Below are positions 1-10,098 of a DNA stretch of 64,000 nucleotides, in pieces. The translations under genes were made by a program, and so were the position numbers. Origin of the DNA: an uncultured Chloroflexia bacterium (lineage in GTDB: Bacteria > Chloroflexota > Anaerolineae > Anaerolineales > UBA4823); contig CAVSBZ010000007.1 in assembly GCA_963726315.1 (NCBI GenBank), forward strand, positions 450,435-514,434, given 5' to 3'. The notes below the pieces were generated by a model, which was not told where the DNA came from, made no database searches, and worked only from the letters and a program-made list of their open reading frames with translations. Positions within the stretch are counted from its first letter, which is position 1. Every line of letters starts with the position of its first letter.

Positions 1-534
1 AGCTTCGGATAGCGTCTTACCTTGCCTATCCCTGGATGACAGAATAGGCGCTTCACCGTCTGGGATAGGCCAGGTTATATTCAACATAGGGTCATTCCAC
101 AGGAGGGTGCGTTCCCACTCGGGGGCATAATAGTCGGTGGCTTTGTACACCACCTCAGCCCAATCACTGAGCACATAGAAACCATGGGCAAAGCCAGGTG
201 GGACCCACAATTGGGTTTTATTTTTTGCAGACAGCTCGACCCCCACCCACTGGCCGAATGTAGGCGACCAGCGGCGTAAATCAACTGCCACATCGTAGAT
301 CTCACCTGCAATGACGCGAACAATCTTTCCTTGTGCCTGGCGCACCTGGTAATGTAAGCCACGCAGAGTGCCATGCTGCGAGCCGGAATGGTTATCCTGG
401 ACGTAGATGAATGGCAGCCCAGCTGCACCAAAGCGCTGCGCCTGGTAAGTCTCGAGGAAAAAGCCGCGTTCATCACCAAACACCTGGGGGGTGATCAGGA
501 TGATGTCGGGAATGGTAGTTGGTTCAAACTGCAT
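1..534 (-). CDS. rfbC: dTDP-4-dehydrorhamnose 3,5-epimerase (RmlC/RfbC), C-terminal end cut by window edge
   Basis: Absent from the ORF track because it runs off the window. Manual translation from ATG 534..532 gives MQFEPTTIPDIILITPQVFGDERGFFLETYQAQRFGAAGL..., open in frame to position 1 (178 codons). FGDERGFF is the classic RmlC motif. Track ORF 81..479 is an out-of-frame shadow. Confidence 0.85.
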   Translation of the reverse strand, partial: MQFEPTTIPDIILITPQVFGDERGFFLETYQAQRFGAAGLPFIYVQDNHSGSQHGTLRGLHYQVRQAQGKIVRVIAGEIYDVAVDLRRWSPTFGQWVGVELSAKNKTQLWVPPGFAHGFYVLSDWAEVVYKATDYYAPEWERTLLWNDPMLNITWPIPDGEAPILSSRDRQGKTLSEA

Positions 535-598
535 GGGGATGGGCCTCCATTTGTAGCGTATCCTTTTGTAATATCAACTAAGATTATATCAATTCATA

Positions 599-1471
599 TC
601 AAGGAGTGAAGATTTGGCGTAACCTCACCCGCAACTTTAATGGCAGCCAGGCATAGAACATGCGACGGATAAACCAGCGGATGCTGAGTAGCGAGAAGTG
701 AGAACCGCGTTCGCGCTGGTATACGCGGAGCATCTCAGGGTAGCAGCGGTCATCCATGGCAACAGTTTTCCCCCCGCCGTGAAGGCGGAAATTCGCCCAT
801 AAGCCAGGGGAATAAACTAAGGGTGCCAGTTTCGCCAGGCGCACCCACAGGTCATAGTCCATGGCAAACTGAAAGGTTGGGTCGAGCGGAGCAACCTGTT
901 TCCAGGCACTCGCCCGAAAAAAAGCCGTCTGCTGGGGGATGTGGACCGAGCCGCGCAACAACTTGTTTAGATTCGTCTGACGGGAAGGAAAGCGACCGAT
1001 GATGCGACCGTCTTCATCGACCAGGTTGGCGTCGGCATAAACAAGCGACGCTTCTGGGTGAGCTTGCAAGCGGCCGACTGCAGATGAGACTGCGCCTGGG
1101 AGGTAGGTGTCGTCTGAGTTGAGCCAGGCGAAAATCTCTCCCGTGGCGCGAGCAAAACCCTTGTTGATCGCATCGGTTTGACCACGGTCGGGCTCAGAGA
1201 CCCACCAGGATAGACGCCCGGCATACCGGCGGATAATATCCACCGAGCCATCATTGGAACCACCATCGACAATAATATATTCAAGGTTGGGATAATCCTG
1301 CGTGAGCACCGATTGGATGGTCTCTTCGAGGAATCGCCCCTGGTTATAAGACGGAGTGAGAATGGAAATAAGAGGTTGTTGCGTCACATTGTTCGTTGAA
1401 TATATAGAAGCGTGGGGATTAAAGTTCAACCAGGTGGACACCTTGCTCATCCACGCACAGACCCTGTCCAT
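599..1471 (-). CDS. Family 2 glycosyltransferase (GT-A fold)
   Basis: [42 protein letters not shown]...[17 protein letters not shown]...WLNSDD. Start uncertain: ATG 1471/1450 overlap the upstream gene, while GTG at 1387 would give [16 protein letters not shown]. Confidence 0.85.
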   Translation of the reverse strand: MDRVCAWMSKVSTWLNFNPHASIYSTNNVTQQPLISILTPSYNQGRFLEETIQSVLTQDYPNLEYIIVDGGSNDGSVDIIRRYAGRLSWWVSEPDRGQTDAINKGFARATGEIFAWLNSDDTYLPGAVSSAVGRLQAHPEASLVYADANLVDEDGRIIGRFPSRQTNLNKLLRGSVHIPQQTAFFRASAWKQVAPLDPTFQFAMDYDLWVRLAKLAPLVYSPGLWANFRLHGGGKTVAMDDRCYPEMLRVYQRERGSHFSLLSIRWFIRRMFYAWLPLKLRVRLRQIFTP

Positions 1472-2414
1472 GGTGTTGGAACTGCCGGCGGGTGTTACGG
1501 TATGCCAGGAAGAGCTTTTGGAGTCCGATGGTATTCCCCGCGGCTTGAACCAGCTTGTACCAGCTACCCAGGACGACCCTGGGAGCCAACCTCCAGGCTT
1601 GCTGAAAATGCTTCAATGCCAGGCGTGGCTGTCCGGCATCGATCAGGCGTTTACCGGCGAAGACGTGCAAGCCGGCATAAATATCCGCGCGCCGCTGGTT
1701 AAATATTGGCAAAAAGAGAGGGTCACTCTCCCATGATTGAACGAATTGGAAGGCCTCGTCTACAAAACGGGCTGCCTGGGCAATCGTCTTGGCATCAGCG
1801 TGGGTGCGCTCGACGGCCCAAAATTCACTCACATGTAGGAGGGGAAAACGGGCAGCAATCTGCACCCACAGCGTGTGGTCTAGGATCAAGTTGAACCCAG
1901 TGGGTAGGAAGCAGGCTTGCTCCAGGGCATCCCTGCGCATGAAGACGGTGGGCTGCAGAAGGACATTGAAGGATAGCAAATCGAACAGCGAATGCTGGGG
2001 GTAAGCATGCCAGTCCAAAATGCGCAGGTCAGCATCGACCATGACACCGTCGGCATAAACCATACCAGCATCGGGATGGGATTGTAGAGCACGTACCGCC
2101 TGACTCACCACATCGGTGCGGTAGTACAAATCGTCTGAGTTCAACCAGGCCAGGATCTGCCCGCTGGCGTGTCTGAACCCCTTGTTGATGGCATCTGCCT
2201 GACCGTGATCGGGCTCGGAGACCCACCAGGAAAACCGGTCAGTGTAGCGTTGGATAATATCCAGGCTGCCATCCTTAGAGCCGCCGTCCACCAACAGGTA
2301 TTCGAGGTGGGGATAATCCTGGCACAGGACGGAGCGGATGGTTTGTTCAATATACTGCGCCTGGTTGTAGGAAGGGGTGATGATGGATACCAGGGGGAGA
2401 TCTGGGTCAGGCAT
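1419..2414 (-). CDS. Family 2 glycosyltransferase, tandem paralog of 599..1471
   Basis: [42 protein letters not shown]...[17 protein letters not shown]...WLNSDD. The N-terminal domain is clearly colinear with the neighbouring GT2. Confidence 0.85.
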   Translation of the reverse strand: MPDPDLPLVSIITPSYNQAQYIEQTIRSVLCQDYPHLEYLLVDGGSKDGSLDIIQRYTDRFSWWVSEPDHGQADAINKGFRHASGQILAWLNSDDLYYRTDVVSQAVRALQSHPDAGMVYADGVMVDADLRILDWHAYPQHSLFDLLSFNVLLQPTVFMRRDALEQACFLPTGFNLILDHTLWVQIAARFPLLHVSEFWAVERTHADAKTIAQAARFVDEAFQFVQSWESDPLFLPIFNQRRADIYAGLHVFAGKRLIDAGQPRLALKHFQQAWRLAPRVVLGSWYKLVQAAGNTIGLQKLFLAYRNTRRQFQHHGQGLCVDEQGVHLVEL

Positions 2415-3943
2415 TATGGAGCGGTTTCCAAAGGCTGGTTCAGGTTGAAAATGAGGTAACCATCCCCCTCGGAATATACTTGATAATGGTCGTAAAGGTA
2501 GGATTTCAATATAGGCTGAGAATCGAAGTCACCGAACAATGTAACTACGAAGTAATCCTGACCTTTGATTGCATTCTCAAACCTGGTTGTGAATTCGCCG
2601 ATTGGATCAGGCATCTGTAATAATGGGGATTCGTCTTCAGCAGTATAAGGCCAGGGAGTAACATGCTGCCAACCGTAGTATGCAATGCGATAGCCTTGTT
2701 CGTGGGTAATTCCGGTCAGATGACCGTCTTTTGGTAATTCCTGACCCATCTTCTGCCAGGCCACTGCTTCATTACGATAATTTTTTCCTAACATGATGGA
2801 ACGCGCCATCCAGCCTGAGTAAGCAATTGAGAAGACCAGGATCCCAGCCACCGCCCAACGAGCCAGGTGTCCCCGATCGCTGAGGCGGTCAAAGATCAAG
2901 CTGGCTATCGGGGCAAGCGACAGGGCGACCGCAGGGATTAATGGGATGGAATAATACTCATGGGTGGTGATGTGGTAGGAGAATGCCAGTCCATACAGGA
3001 TATAACCCACCCATAAAGCCAGGGGAATGATTCGAGCTTTTTTAGGCAATAGCCAGACGCCCACAAAACTGATAAAGGCAACACCCAGGTCCACCATTCC
3101 CCCAGCAAAGATGATCCAACGAATGTAAAATGACGGCGATATCAGATTTTTAAGCAGCCCAAGGCTAAAACTTAACCATCCACTTGATTGACCCGGGATG
3201 ATAAACAAGTAGTATATGGCTGGAAATACAACCAATAATCCTGCCATTGCCCATACCTGAGGGTGTTTGACTGCTTTTTTGAACCCCAGCGTGGTGAGTA
3301 CGATCCCCACGAGCATCAAAACAATGGGGAATATCGCCGGCAGCTTGACGTAAGCAGCCAGACCAGCCAACAGTCCAGTCGAAATTGCCCATTTCCAGGA
3401 GGGGTTCTCTCCCCAACGATATAGGGTGTATGCCACCCATAGGGTCAGCATCACCATGATCAGGTCTGGCTGGAAAATGCGGCTGAAGATCACGCTCCAG
3501 GGGAGGAAGAAGTAGTATAAAAGTGACGCAATTGCAGCCAGGGGGGAGGTCATGCGGCGGGCGAGGGCATACAACGCTATCCCACCGAGTAACCAGAACA
3601 GGATTGAATACACGCGTGCCACCCAGAGGTGCTCACCCCCGGTGACCAGGTAAGTGACCGCCACCAATCCCTCAAAGACGGATGGCTCGCGCGGGTCCAT
3701 CGTATTCGCCAGGTTCACTGCCTGGTCTCTTTTTGCAGGGTCGGCGGAGGGCAGCAGCTGGTAATAGATCGCCCGGGCAATGATGGCACCGCGCAGCTGG
3801 CGCTGAGGGAAGTAATCCAGAGGAGGGTCGGTCAGGTCCAAAAGGCGCAGACCCGTCCCGAGGACGAATATTGCGATCACGCAGATCATAATCCAGATTG
3901 GGGTGCGTTTTGCAGTACCGACAGGTGATTCCAATTCAACCAT
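2414..3943 (-). CDS. Polytopic membrane glycosyltransferase, GT-C fold (ArnT/PMT, GT39/GT83-like)
   Basis: 509 aa with about 12 hydrophobic segments, a first extracytoplasmic loop and a soluble C-terminal domain. The overall pattern is typical of PMT_2/ArnT-like proteins. Its stop overlaps the start of the next gene by 1 nt. Confidence 0.65.
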   Translation of the reverse strand: MVELESPVGTAKRTPIWIMICVIAIFVLGTGLRLLDLTDPPLDYFPQRQLRGAIIARAIYYQLLPSADPAKRDQAVNLANTMDPREPSVFEGLVAVTYLVTGGEHLWVARVYSILFWLLGGIALYALARRMTSPLAAIASLLYYFFLPWSVIFSRIFQPDLIMVMLTLWVAYTLYRWGENPSWKWAISTGLLAGLAAYVKLPAIFPIVLMLVGIVLTTLGFKKAVKHPQVWAMAGLLVVFPAIYYLFIIPGQSSGWLSFSLGLLKNLISPSFYIRWIIFAGGMVDLGVAFISFVGVWLLPKKARIIPLALWVGYILYGLAFSYHITTHEYYSIPLIPAVALSLAPIASLIFDRLSDRGHLARWAVAGILVFSIAYSGWMARSIMLGKNYRNEAVAWQKMGQELPKDGHLTGITHEQGYRIAYYGWQHVTPWPYTAEDESPLLQMPDPIGEFTTRFENAIKGQDYFVVTLFGDFDSQPILKSYLYDHYQVYSEGDGYLIFNLNQPLETAP

Positions 3944-4045
3944 TTATTGATATCCTAATACCTTAGTGCTCGTTTCTATAAAAAAAACAAAATACCTCAA
4001 GTAACTTGATGGATTAAACAGCATGTAAAATTAATATCAACCTGC

Positions 4046-4861
4046 TCAGAACAGTGAAAGGTAATCGACCTTGGGAAATATGGTTAGCTTGCCACCCACC
4101 GTCGCATCAACAATCCGCCTGCCAGCTTGCGTGTAAACCTCCCGCGCCCTGGTATAACCACGTTCTGAACCGGCCAGGTCAGGCAGCTGCCATTTAAACC
4201 CTTTGCCGAAATAATTCGAGGCAAAGTGGTTGGGATCATCTCCTTGCGAGACGACTGCCTGATTAGCAGCACCCTGGGTGATGTAGTTGTGGTCCACACC
4301 AACAAGGGCGACCTCGGTGAATCCCATATGATACGCCAGCTGAAGAGCCACATTAGTGACGGTGAAGCCTTCGAAAATGCGGCCTGTCAGACCTGGCGAA
4401 AAGCCCTCTTCCCCGGTGAAGTCGGTATCAAGATAGGTGATGTTCGGATCAGGGTGAAACCAATAACGCGCCCGCCAGGTGATGAATTTGGGCAAGATGA
4501 GATTTTGCATCTCAGCCGCACATTGTTCAATGACCATATCGTTCACTGCAAGCAGACAAGAAGTGGAAAAACCGAGCTCAGGAAATAGCAGGTAGATTCG
4601 GTTGAGACCGAAGGTGTACTCCGATTTAAGCTTGCTCATATCGGTTTGGCGGAGACTGGGACCGTTGCCGATGATAAAACAGCGCCTGCCGGTATATTTA
4701 TTTTCCAGGTTTTTTAGCTTGCGAACACTCTCAGACCAGCGAGAGTCAAATGGTTGTGCCAGACGGTGCCGGCCGCGGTTGTGCCACCACCAATATGCGT
4801 CTGAGCCCATTCCCCACAGTGGTGCGGGAGTGATTCTCTTCAAGGATTGTCGGACGCTCAT
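4046..4861 (-). CDS. DUF115 / MptE-like (Maf, Cst-II-like) protein; candidate CMP-ulosonic acid transferase
   Basis: CFIIGNGPSLRQTDMSKL...FGLNRIY and TVTNVALQLAYHMGFTEVALVGVDHNY parallel the GNGPSL and ITSG..A..LGY.EIYL.G.D motifs of Cst-II/Maf-type proteins. Confidence 0.5.
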   Translation of the reverse strand: MSVRQSLKRITPAPLWGMGSDAYWWWHNRGRHRLAQPFDSRWSESVRKLKNLENKYTGRRCFIIGNGPSLRQTDMSKLKSEYTFGLNRIYLLFPELGFSTSCLLAVNDMVIEQCAAEMQNLILPKFITWRARYWFHPDPNITYLDTDFTGEEGFSPGLTGRIFEGFTVTNVALQLAYHMGFTEVALVGVDHNYITQGAANQAVVSQGDDPNHFASNYFGKGFKWQLPDLAGSERGYTRAREVYTQAGRRIVDATVGGKLTIFPKVDYLSLF

Positions 4862-4892
4862 GGAATCATCACCAAACTCGTCATATATAATT

Positions 4893-5687
4893 TCATTCTG
4901 TGCTTAGGCGGGCGGTAGCGCCTCCATCGACGATCATCGCCTGCCCTGTCATGAATGATGACTGTGTGCCATCGGCCAGGAAGTAGATGGCGTGGGCGAT
5001 CTCTTCGGGAGTGCCGATGCGCCCGTTAACCGTTTTTCGCGCCAGGTTATCCAGGCGAGTCTGGATATCACCGCCCTGGACGTGATCGCGCACCAGACCG
5101 GCGCGCAGCATGGGCGTGTCTACCGCGCCGGGCAGGATGGCATTCACCCGGATATTATTAGGAGCGAACTCGATCGCCATAGCACGAGTCAGGGCAAGCA
5201 AGCCACCTTTACTGGCGGCATAAGCGGCGATGTTAGCAGAGGTCGCCACCGCATGGACGGAGGACACATTGACAATGGCGCCTCCATTGGCGGCGATAAA
5301 GAGCGGGAAAGCAAGCTTGGCACTTAAAAAGACCGAGCGCAAATTCGAGGCCATGACCGCATCCCATTCTTCCACGCTGGTCTGGATGATAGGCTTGGCA
5401 ACTTGCACAGCGGCGTTGTTTACCAAGGCGTTCAGATAACCGGTGTGTGCATTGGCCTGGCTGAAAATCGATTCCAGGTTGCCACCGATGGAGATATCAG
5501 ATTGGATAAAAAAACCATCCTCCGGAAAGGGTTCACCGAAAGGAGAACGGTCCACACCGATGACGCGCCAACCTAATGAGGCAAAGTGATGGACTGTGGC
5601 GCGGCCTATCCCGCCTGCTGCTCCGGTGACGAGTACGGTGCGCGGTGCGGATGAATTTGTGGGATCAGTTTTTGAAATCGTCGACAT
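4893..5687 (-). CDS. Short-chain dehydrogenase/reductase (classical SDR)
   Basis: VLVTGAAGGIGRA glycine-rich NAD(P) motif, NNAA, S...YAASK catalytic pattern, 264 aa. Confidence 0.85.
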   Translation of the reverse strand: MSTISKTDPTNSSAPRTVLVTGAAGGIGRATVHHFASLGWRVIGVDRSPFGEPFPEDGFFIQSDISIGGNLESIFSQANAHTGYLNALVNNAAVQVAKPIIQTSVEEWDAVMASNLRSVFLSAKLAFPLFIAANGGAIVNVSSVHAVATSANIAAYAASKGGLLALTRAMAIEFAPNNIRVNAILPGAVDTPMLRAGLVRDHVQGGDIQTRLDNLARKTVNGRIGTPEEIAHAIYFLADGTQSSFMTGQAMIVDGGATARLSTE

Positions 5688-6652
5688 CAGGTTTCCTTTG
5701 GTATTGTGATATTCAGTCCGTCGAGCAAATTATCGATCGTATTCTGGTGCACCCTTTCCCAGGCTTTCGGGCTGGAATTGGCATTATGAGAGGCAAGCAT
5801 GACATTATCCATCTTCGTCAGCGGGCTGACCGCTGAAAGAGGCTCAACTTCGAAGACATCCAGGGCAGCCCCTGCAAGCTTCCCAGATTGCAGGGCAGAG
5901 ATCAACGCCGGCTCATCGATGACTGGTCCACGCGAAGTATTGATGAGGATTGCAGACGGCTTGATGTGGGAGAGAGTATCCTTGTTCACCAGGTGGAAAC
6001 TGGATGGGTTCAGGTCACAGTTCAGGCTGACGAAATCCGAGCGTGCCAGCAGGTCTTCAAGGGTGGTCATTACAACCCCGTTCTTGGAAAGAAAGACCGG
6101 ATCGATGGGGATGATATCAGTACCGAGCAGCTGCATGCCAAAGGCATGTGCCCGGCGAATGACTGCCTTGCCGATCTTACCCACACCCACTACACCCAGG
6201 GTGCATTCACTGAGCGAGCGGCCGGGGATTTTCTCCCACTCTCCCGATTTTACCGCCCGGTCCATCCAGGGGAAGTGCCTGGCAAAGGTGAGTATATAAC
6301 CGAGGACGGTATCTGCCACTGGCAAGGTAAATGCATTAAGAGTGTTGCGCACCTGGATACCCAGACCTTCAGCCACCGTGCGGTCAATCGAATCGATCCC
6401 TGTGCCCCACTTGGAGATAACTTTCAGCCTCGGATAGCATGCCTGCAATACGCGGGCGGTGTAATGATCGTCCCCGCAGATCGTGCCATCGAATGTGCCT
6501 GCATAGGCGAGAAGCTGGTTTTCGTCCAGACGTTCATGCACCTCGGGGACGATGATCTGCAAACCGAGACCTTCAAGTAATGGGCGGAAGCGGGGCAGTA
6601 GAGGGATCATGTATGGCGCAGAGTACAGAATGGTCAGCATAGGTTCATCCAA
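5687..6652 (-). CDS. D-isomer-specific 2-hydroxyacid dehydrogenase (PGDH/GyaR-like)
   Basis: GVVGVGKIGKAV NAD-binding motif, NTSRG, DVFE.EP and HNANSS motifs typical of the family. Confidence 0.85.
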   Translation of the reverse strand: MDEPMLTILYSAPYMIPLLPRFRPLLEGLGLQIIVPEVHERLDENQLLAYAGTFDGTICGDDHYTARVLQACYPRLKVISKWGTGIDSIDRTVAEGLGIQVRNTLNAFTLPVADTVLGYILTFARHFPWMDRAVKSGEWEKIPGRSLSECTLGVVGVGKIGKAVIRRAHAFGMQLLGTDIIPIDPVFLSKNGVVMTTLEDLLARSDFVSLNCDLNPSSFHLVNKDTLSHIKPSAILINTSRGPVIDEPALISALQSGKLAGAALDVFEVEPLSAVSPLTKMDNVMLASHNANSSPKAWERVHQNTIDNLLDGLNITIPKET

Positions 6653-7322
6653 TTGTGGTCAGAGTCTGCTGCATCAAAAATTCACTGATGGCAAAATCGA
6701 GCTCATCATCGATATCCCAGGCTTCAGCGGCCTCCATATGGAACATCAAAGGGCGCTCCCCAATTCGGTTGAGACGGGTCGATAATATTTCGCGGGTGAA
6801 TATATAGATGCAGGAATTCTCTTCATAAACGGGGGGTAAATCCTGGGTTTGCAGGAGGATGGCAGGGTTATGATTTATCGCGCGGCCCAGCTGATCCCAC
6901 AAACGGACCTGGAGAGGGGTAACCGTAAAGAGGGAATCATACTCAGGTGAACCGGCAAGCATGGAAAGGATGGCACGCGAGATGGTGGATGGGCGCAGAA
7001 GTGGGTTGGTGGTGTGGGTCTGCAGGTAAAAATCAGCCTCCACCTGGGATGTGTCGTAGAGCAGGATTTCATTCATAGAGACCGTATCGCCAGACAGGTG
7101 AGCGGAGCGCTCGAGGATGCGGACCTTAGGGAAATGCTCCTGCAGTCCAGCTATGATCGGTGGGCTATCGGTGTCGACCACCACCTGGGAAATTTCAGGG
7201 CAGGCAAGCAGAGACCCGATGATGTGGTGAAAGAGCGGTTTCCCTGCCAGTGGGCGAAAGTTCTTGCCTGGGACACGCTGGGAGTGGTGTCGCATGGGTA
7301 CAAGGGCGGCAATTGTGGGCAT
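6645..7322 (-). CDS. CMP-sugar type cytidylyltransferase (NeuA/KdsB-like, CTP_transf_3)
   Basis: IAALVPMRHHSQRVPGKNFRPLAGKPLFHHII N-terminal motif; 225 aa; overlaps the downstream dehydrogenase gene by 8 nt. Confidence 0.7.
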   Translation of the reverse strand: MPTIAALVPMRHHSQRVPGKNFRPLAGKPLFHHIIGSLLACPEISQVVVDTDSPPIIAGLQEHFPKVRILERSAHLSGDTVSMNEILLYDTSQVEADFYLQTHTTNPLLRPSTISRAILSMLAGSPEYDSLFTVTPLQVRLWDQLGRAINHNPAILLQTQDLPPVYEENSCIYIFTREILSTRLNRIGERPLMFHMEAAEAWDIDDELDFAISEFLMQQTLTTIG

Positions 7323-7323
7323 A

Positions 7324-8287
7324 TTACCTCTGGTGAGAACGTGTTCCTTCTATGGAATCATATTGGATGGGGGATATATCCCTGGGTGCGGAGGAGGTTG
7401 GTAAATTTGCACCGCGGGGATAATAGAATGTCTGGCGCAGCTGCCAGGTGAGAGGTCCTGACTGCCGGTAACCTTTATAGGTGCCCCAAAACTGCATCCA
7501 GCGGAACCAGATTATTTCGGCGAAATGAGTGACCAGTTTACCCTGGCGGGCAGCATGAGAGGCATCGCTGGTGATATTGGTGGTCAGGTTATGGAACAAA
7601 TCCCATAAGTTGTAATGTTCGTGGGGAAAAAGGCGGTTAAAAGCCATGGCCTCACGGCGATACCGGTTGTATACCGCATGGGGAGTCTCTTCATGGATAT
7701 GTACCACTTCAGCTTCAGCCACATAGCTGATACCAAAACCCTGTGCAGTGATGCGCTGAGCCCATTCCAGGTCTTCCAGACCTGGCAGGGATTCATCGTA
7801 ATGGAATCGCTCCCACAAGGAACGGCGGATGGCGGCGTTGGCATTATTGCAGAATGGATGCGCCTGGTGGGGCTGGGAGCTCTCCGGATACCAATGGAGA
7901 AATATCTGGCCTTCGGAGAATTTGTTTAATCTGCTAGCCGCGCTGTTTACCGTAGGTGAGTGCCACTTGAGGGTCAGCAAAGGGTGCCAGAAGGCTTTCC
8001 AGCCAGTCTGGATAGACAGGGTAGACGTGGGCACTGGCTATGACGATGAACTCACCATGAGATTCCAAAATTCCCTGGTTTATAGAGTGTCCGAATGTGA
8101 AATCCTGGGGCTGAATATGCACCACCCTGACGGGGTAGCGCGAGGCAATTTCGAGGGTACCATCGGTCGAGCCTGAATCAACCAGGATGATCTCGTGGTC
8201 GGTGAGGGATTGGCTGGCGATGCCCTCTAACAACTGGCCAATATGTTTCTCTTCATTGCAGGCACGGATTACGATGGAGGTGCGCAT
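7324..8287 (-). pseudogene. GT2 glycosyltransferase (rhamnosyltransferase-like) split by a +1 frame disruption near 7934..7940
   Basis: The N-terminal half (MRTSIVIRACNEEKHIGQLLEGI...ILVDSGSTDGT...ALTYGKQRG*) stops at TAG 7936..7934. The homologous continuation (SRLNKFSEGQIFLHWYPESS..HPFCNNANAAIRRSLW...GLEDLEWAQR) is in the +1 frame. Removing one nt in CGCGGCTAG restores YGKQRGSRLNKFSEG. Confidence 0.7.
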
Positions 8288-8324
8288 GGTAAGTGAAGTT
8301 ATATACGCAGATTGACGTCTTGAC

Positions 8325-9980
8325 TCAGAGGTCTGAGGAAAGCTGGAAATCACCGTCCTCGAGGATGCCGGCCAGGATGGTTTTCATGGTGGGAGAGGAA
8401 GTGGGTGAAAGCGACTGGAGGGCAAACTTTTTGAGCCTGACGAAACCGGGCCAGATGCCATCTTCCTGGATGAAATCGGTGAATGGGAGGGAGGAACGGT
8501 AGATCTGATAATATAGGAACCGACGGGCATTGCGCTGGTACTCCTGAGGAATAGAAATTTGATCGATTGTCAGAAAATCTTGCGCAAGCTGGCGGTACTC
8601 CTGGAGTGAGCTGGGGAAAAAGACAGTGGGGAGTTGGGTGAAACGGGCACGACCGGCACATAGCACCGGAACACCCATGATCGAGGCTTCGAGACCAATG
8701 GTGGAGTTGTACACCATAATGAATTTTGACCGCTGGATAAGCTCGTATGAGCTGAGGGGCTGCTGTGAATCGATGAAGATAAGGTTGGGAAGAGAATCAG
8801 CCTGGTTTTGTGAGACCCATTGGCTAACGCTCTCCTGGCTGGATTTTCCGGGGCGGGTTTCATCCGGATGAGCTCGCACCACGAATAAAGTATCTGGGTG
8901 GTCACGGGCGATCTCCAACACCAGGTCGAGCCAGGCAAACATGTGCGGAAAGAGTACGTTGGAGTGCGGCTGGCTGGTATCGAAGATGACATTGGTAAAG
9001 ACAGGCACAATCTGCTTGAAGGCACCGGCACGCTCTACAAAGCTTGCATCCAACCCCTTCATCTCAGGCCAGAACTGGACACCAGCCATGGAAAACTGAC
9101 CATGAAAGCGCTGGCTGATATAAGCATCCAGCCTTTCATCCTGCGCAGGGCTCAGCCTGAAATCATCGGGTACATGCAGTGGGTAAGCGGTGGCTTCTCC
9201 CGGGGTGAAGAATGCGCTGAACGGCTGCAGACCCACTTCATGGGTGATGCAACGGATGCCTCGTTGAGACGCCACCCAGCGGGCGGTTGCCTCGGGAAAG
9301 AACTGCCCGTTGAACAGGACAACTGCCTGCGGAGAGGTATTATCCAACAGGGTGGAAAATTCTTGAGCTACGTGATAAGCGGAGAGGATGTATTTCTGAT
9401 ATAGGGAGCGGGTTGGCACATCATCCGGCAGGTGGTGGCGGCGCAGCACCCAACGCATCGAAGGGAGAACCAGCCGTCCGAGAGGCAGGTCTGGAGCTGT
9501 CGCTCCGTAGGGAGAACCATTTTCTGCTCGAGAGCGGTACTCAAATCCCATCAAGCCGTCCAGGGAGAGACCGCGCAGCAATTCGATGAGCTCTGCGTGG
9601 TTTTGGTAAGTGAAGGGAATTGCCAGGCTACTCGAATAGAACCAACGCGATTGCGCGATGCAGGCTTTGCAAGGGGGAGCCTTGGCTGGATCATTCCGGT
9701 CAGTGCCTAAAACACATCGGCTCATACCTGCCTGGCAGACAAAGTGAACTACAGGGACTTTTTGGAGACGGAGCACCCAGGCTGTAAGCAGGGAAAATGC
9801 GGCATTCAAACTCATCCCGACCAGGCGGGTGGAGGCATTGAACAAGACCACCGGTTTTACCTCGGGATCGGAGTGGGTGTGGCGGCTGAGCTGGGAGCTG
9901 TAGTTGAAGGTGCGCAGGTTGATTTTTTGCCGCTGAAGGCGCTGTAGCAGCACTTCAGCGAATTGGAGCTTATCTGGCAT
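8325..9980 (-). CDS. Capsule-biosynthesis-type (KpsS/KpsC, Capsule_synth-like) glycosyltransferase with N-terminal Cys cluster
   Basis: VPVFTNVIFDTSQ...LFVVRAHPDE and FIMVYNSTIGLEASIMGVPVLCAGRARF resemble the KpsS/KpsC family pattern (..Q..D.q..., .K.HP, S..G.EA...G.PV...G...Y). Cys pattern CQAGMSRC...CKAC near the N-terminus. Confidence 0.5.
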   Translation of the reverse strand: MPDKLQFAEVLLQRLQRQKINLRTFNYSSQLSRHTHSDPEVKPVVLFNASTRLVGMSLNAAFSLLTAWVLRLQKVPVVHFVCQAGMSRCVLGTDRNDPAKAPPCKACIAQSRWFYSSSLAIPFTYQNHAELIELLRGLSLDGLMGFEYRSRAENGSPYGATAPDLPLGRLVLPSMRWVLRRHHLPDDVPTRSLYQKYILSAYHVAQEFSTLLDNTSPQAVVLFNGQFFPEATARWVASQRGIRCITHEVGLQPFSAFFTPGEATAYPLHVPDDFRLSPAQDERLDAYISQRFHGQFSMAGVQFWPEMKGLDASFVERAGAFKQIVPVFTNVIFDTSQPHSNVLFPHMFAWLDLVLEIARDHPDTLFVVRAHPDETRPGKSSQESVSQWVSQNQADSLPNLIFIDSQQPLSSYELIQRSKFIMVYNSTIGLEASIMGVPVLCAGRARFTQLPTVFFPSSLQEYRQLAQDFLTIDQISIPQEYQRNARRFLYYQIYRSSLPFTDFIQEDGIWPGFVRLKKFALQSLSPTSSPTMKTILAGILEDGDFQLSSDL

Positions 9981-10098
9981 GGTTAGTGATGCCTGGATGA
10001 TACGTAATCAGATTGACAGGATGTAATATTGGCAGATGGTGAGGTGTAGCATGGGGAGACATCATTATCTTTAGGGCTATCAAACAATAACTAAGAGA

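Noticed and set aside
81-479. 132-aa minus-strand track ORF at the left edge
   Set aside because: It is out of frame with the real gene. The frame starting at ATG 534 gives an unmistakable RmlC sequence (FGDERGFF) that is open to the window edge.
5888-6580. 230-aa and 166-aa plus-strand ORFs inside the 2-hydroxyacid dehydrogenase gene
   Set aside because: Shadow ORFs. The minus-strand frame has the complete NAD-binding and catalytic motif set.
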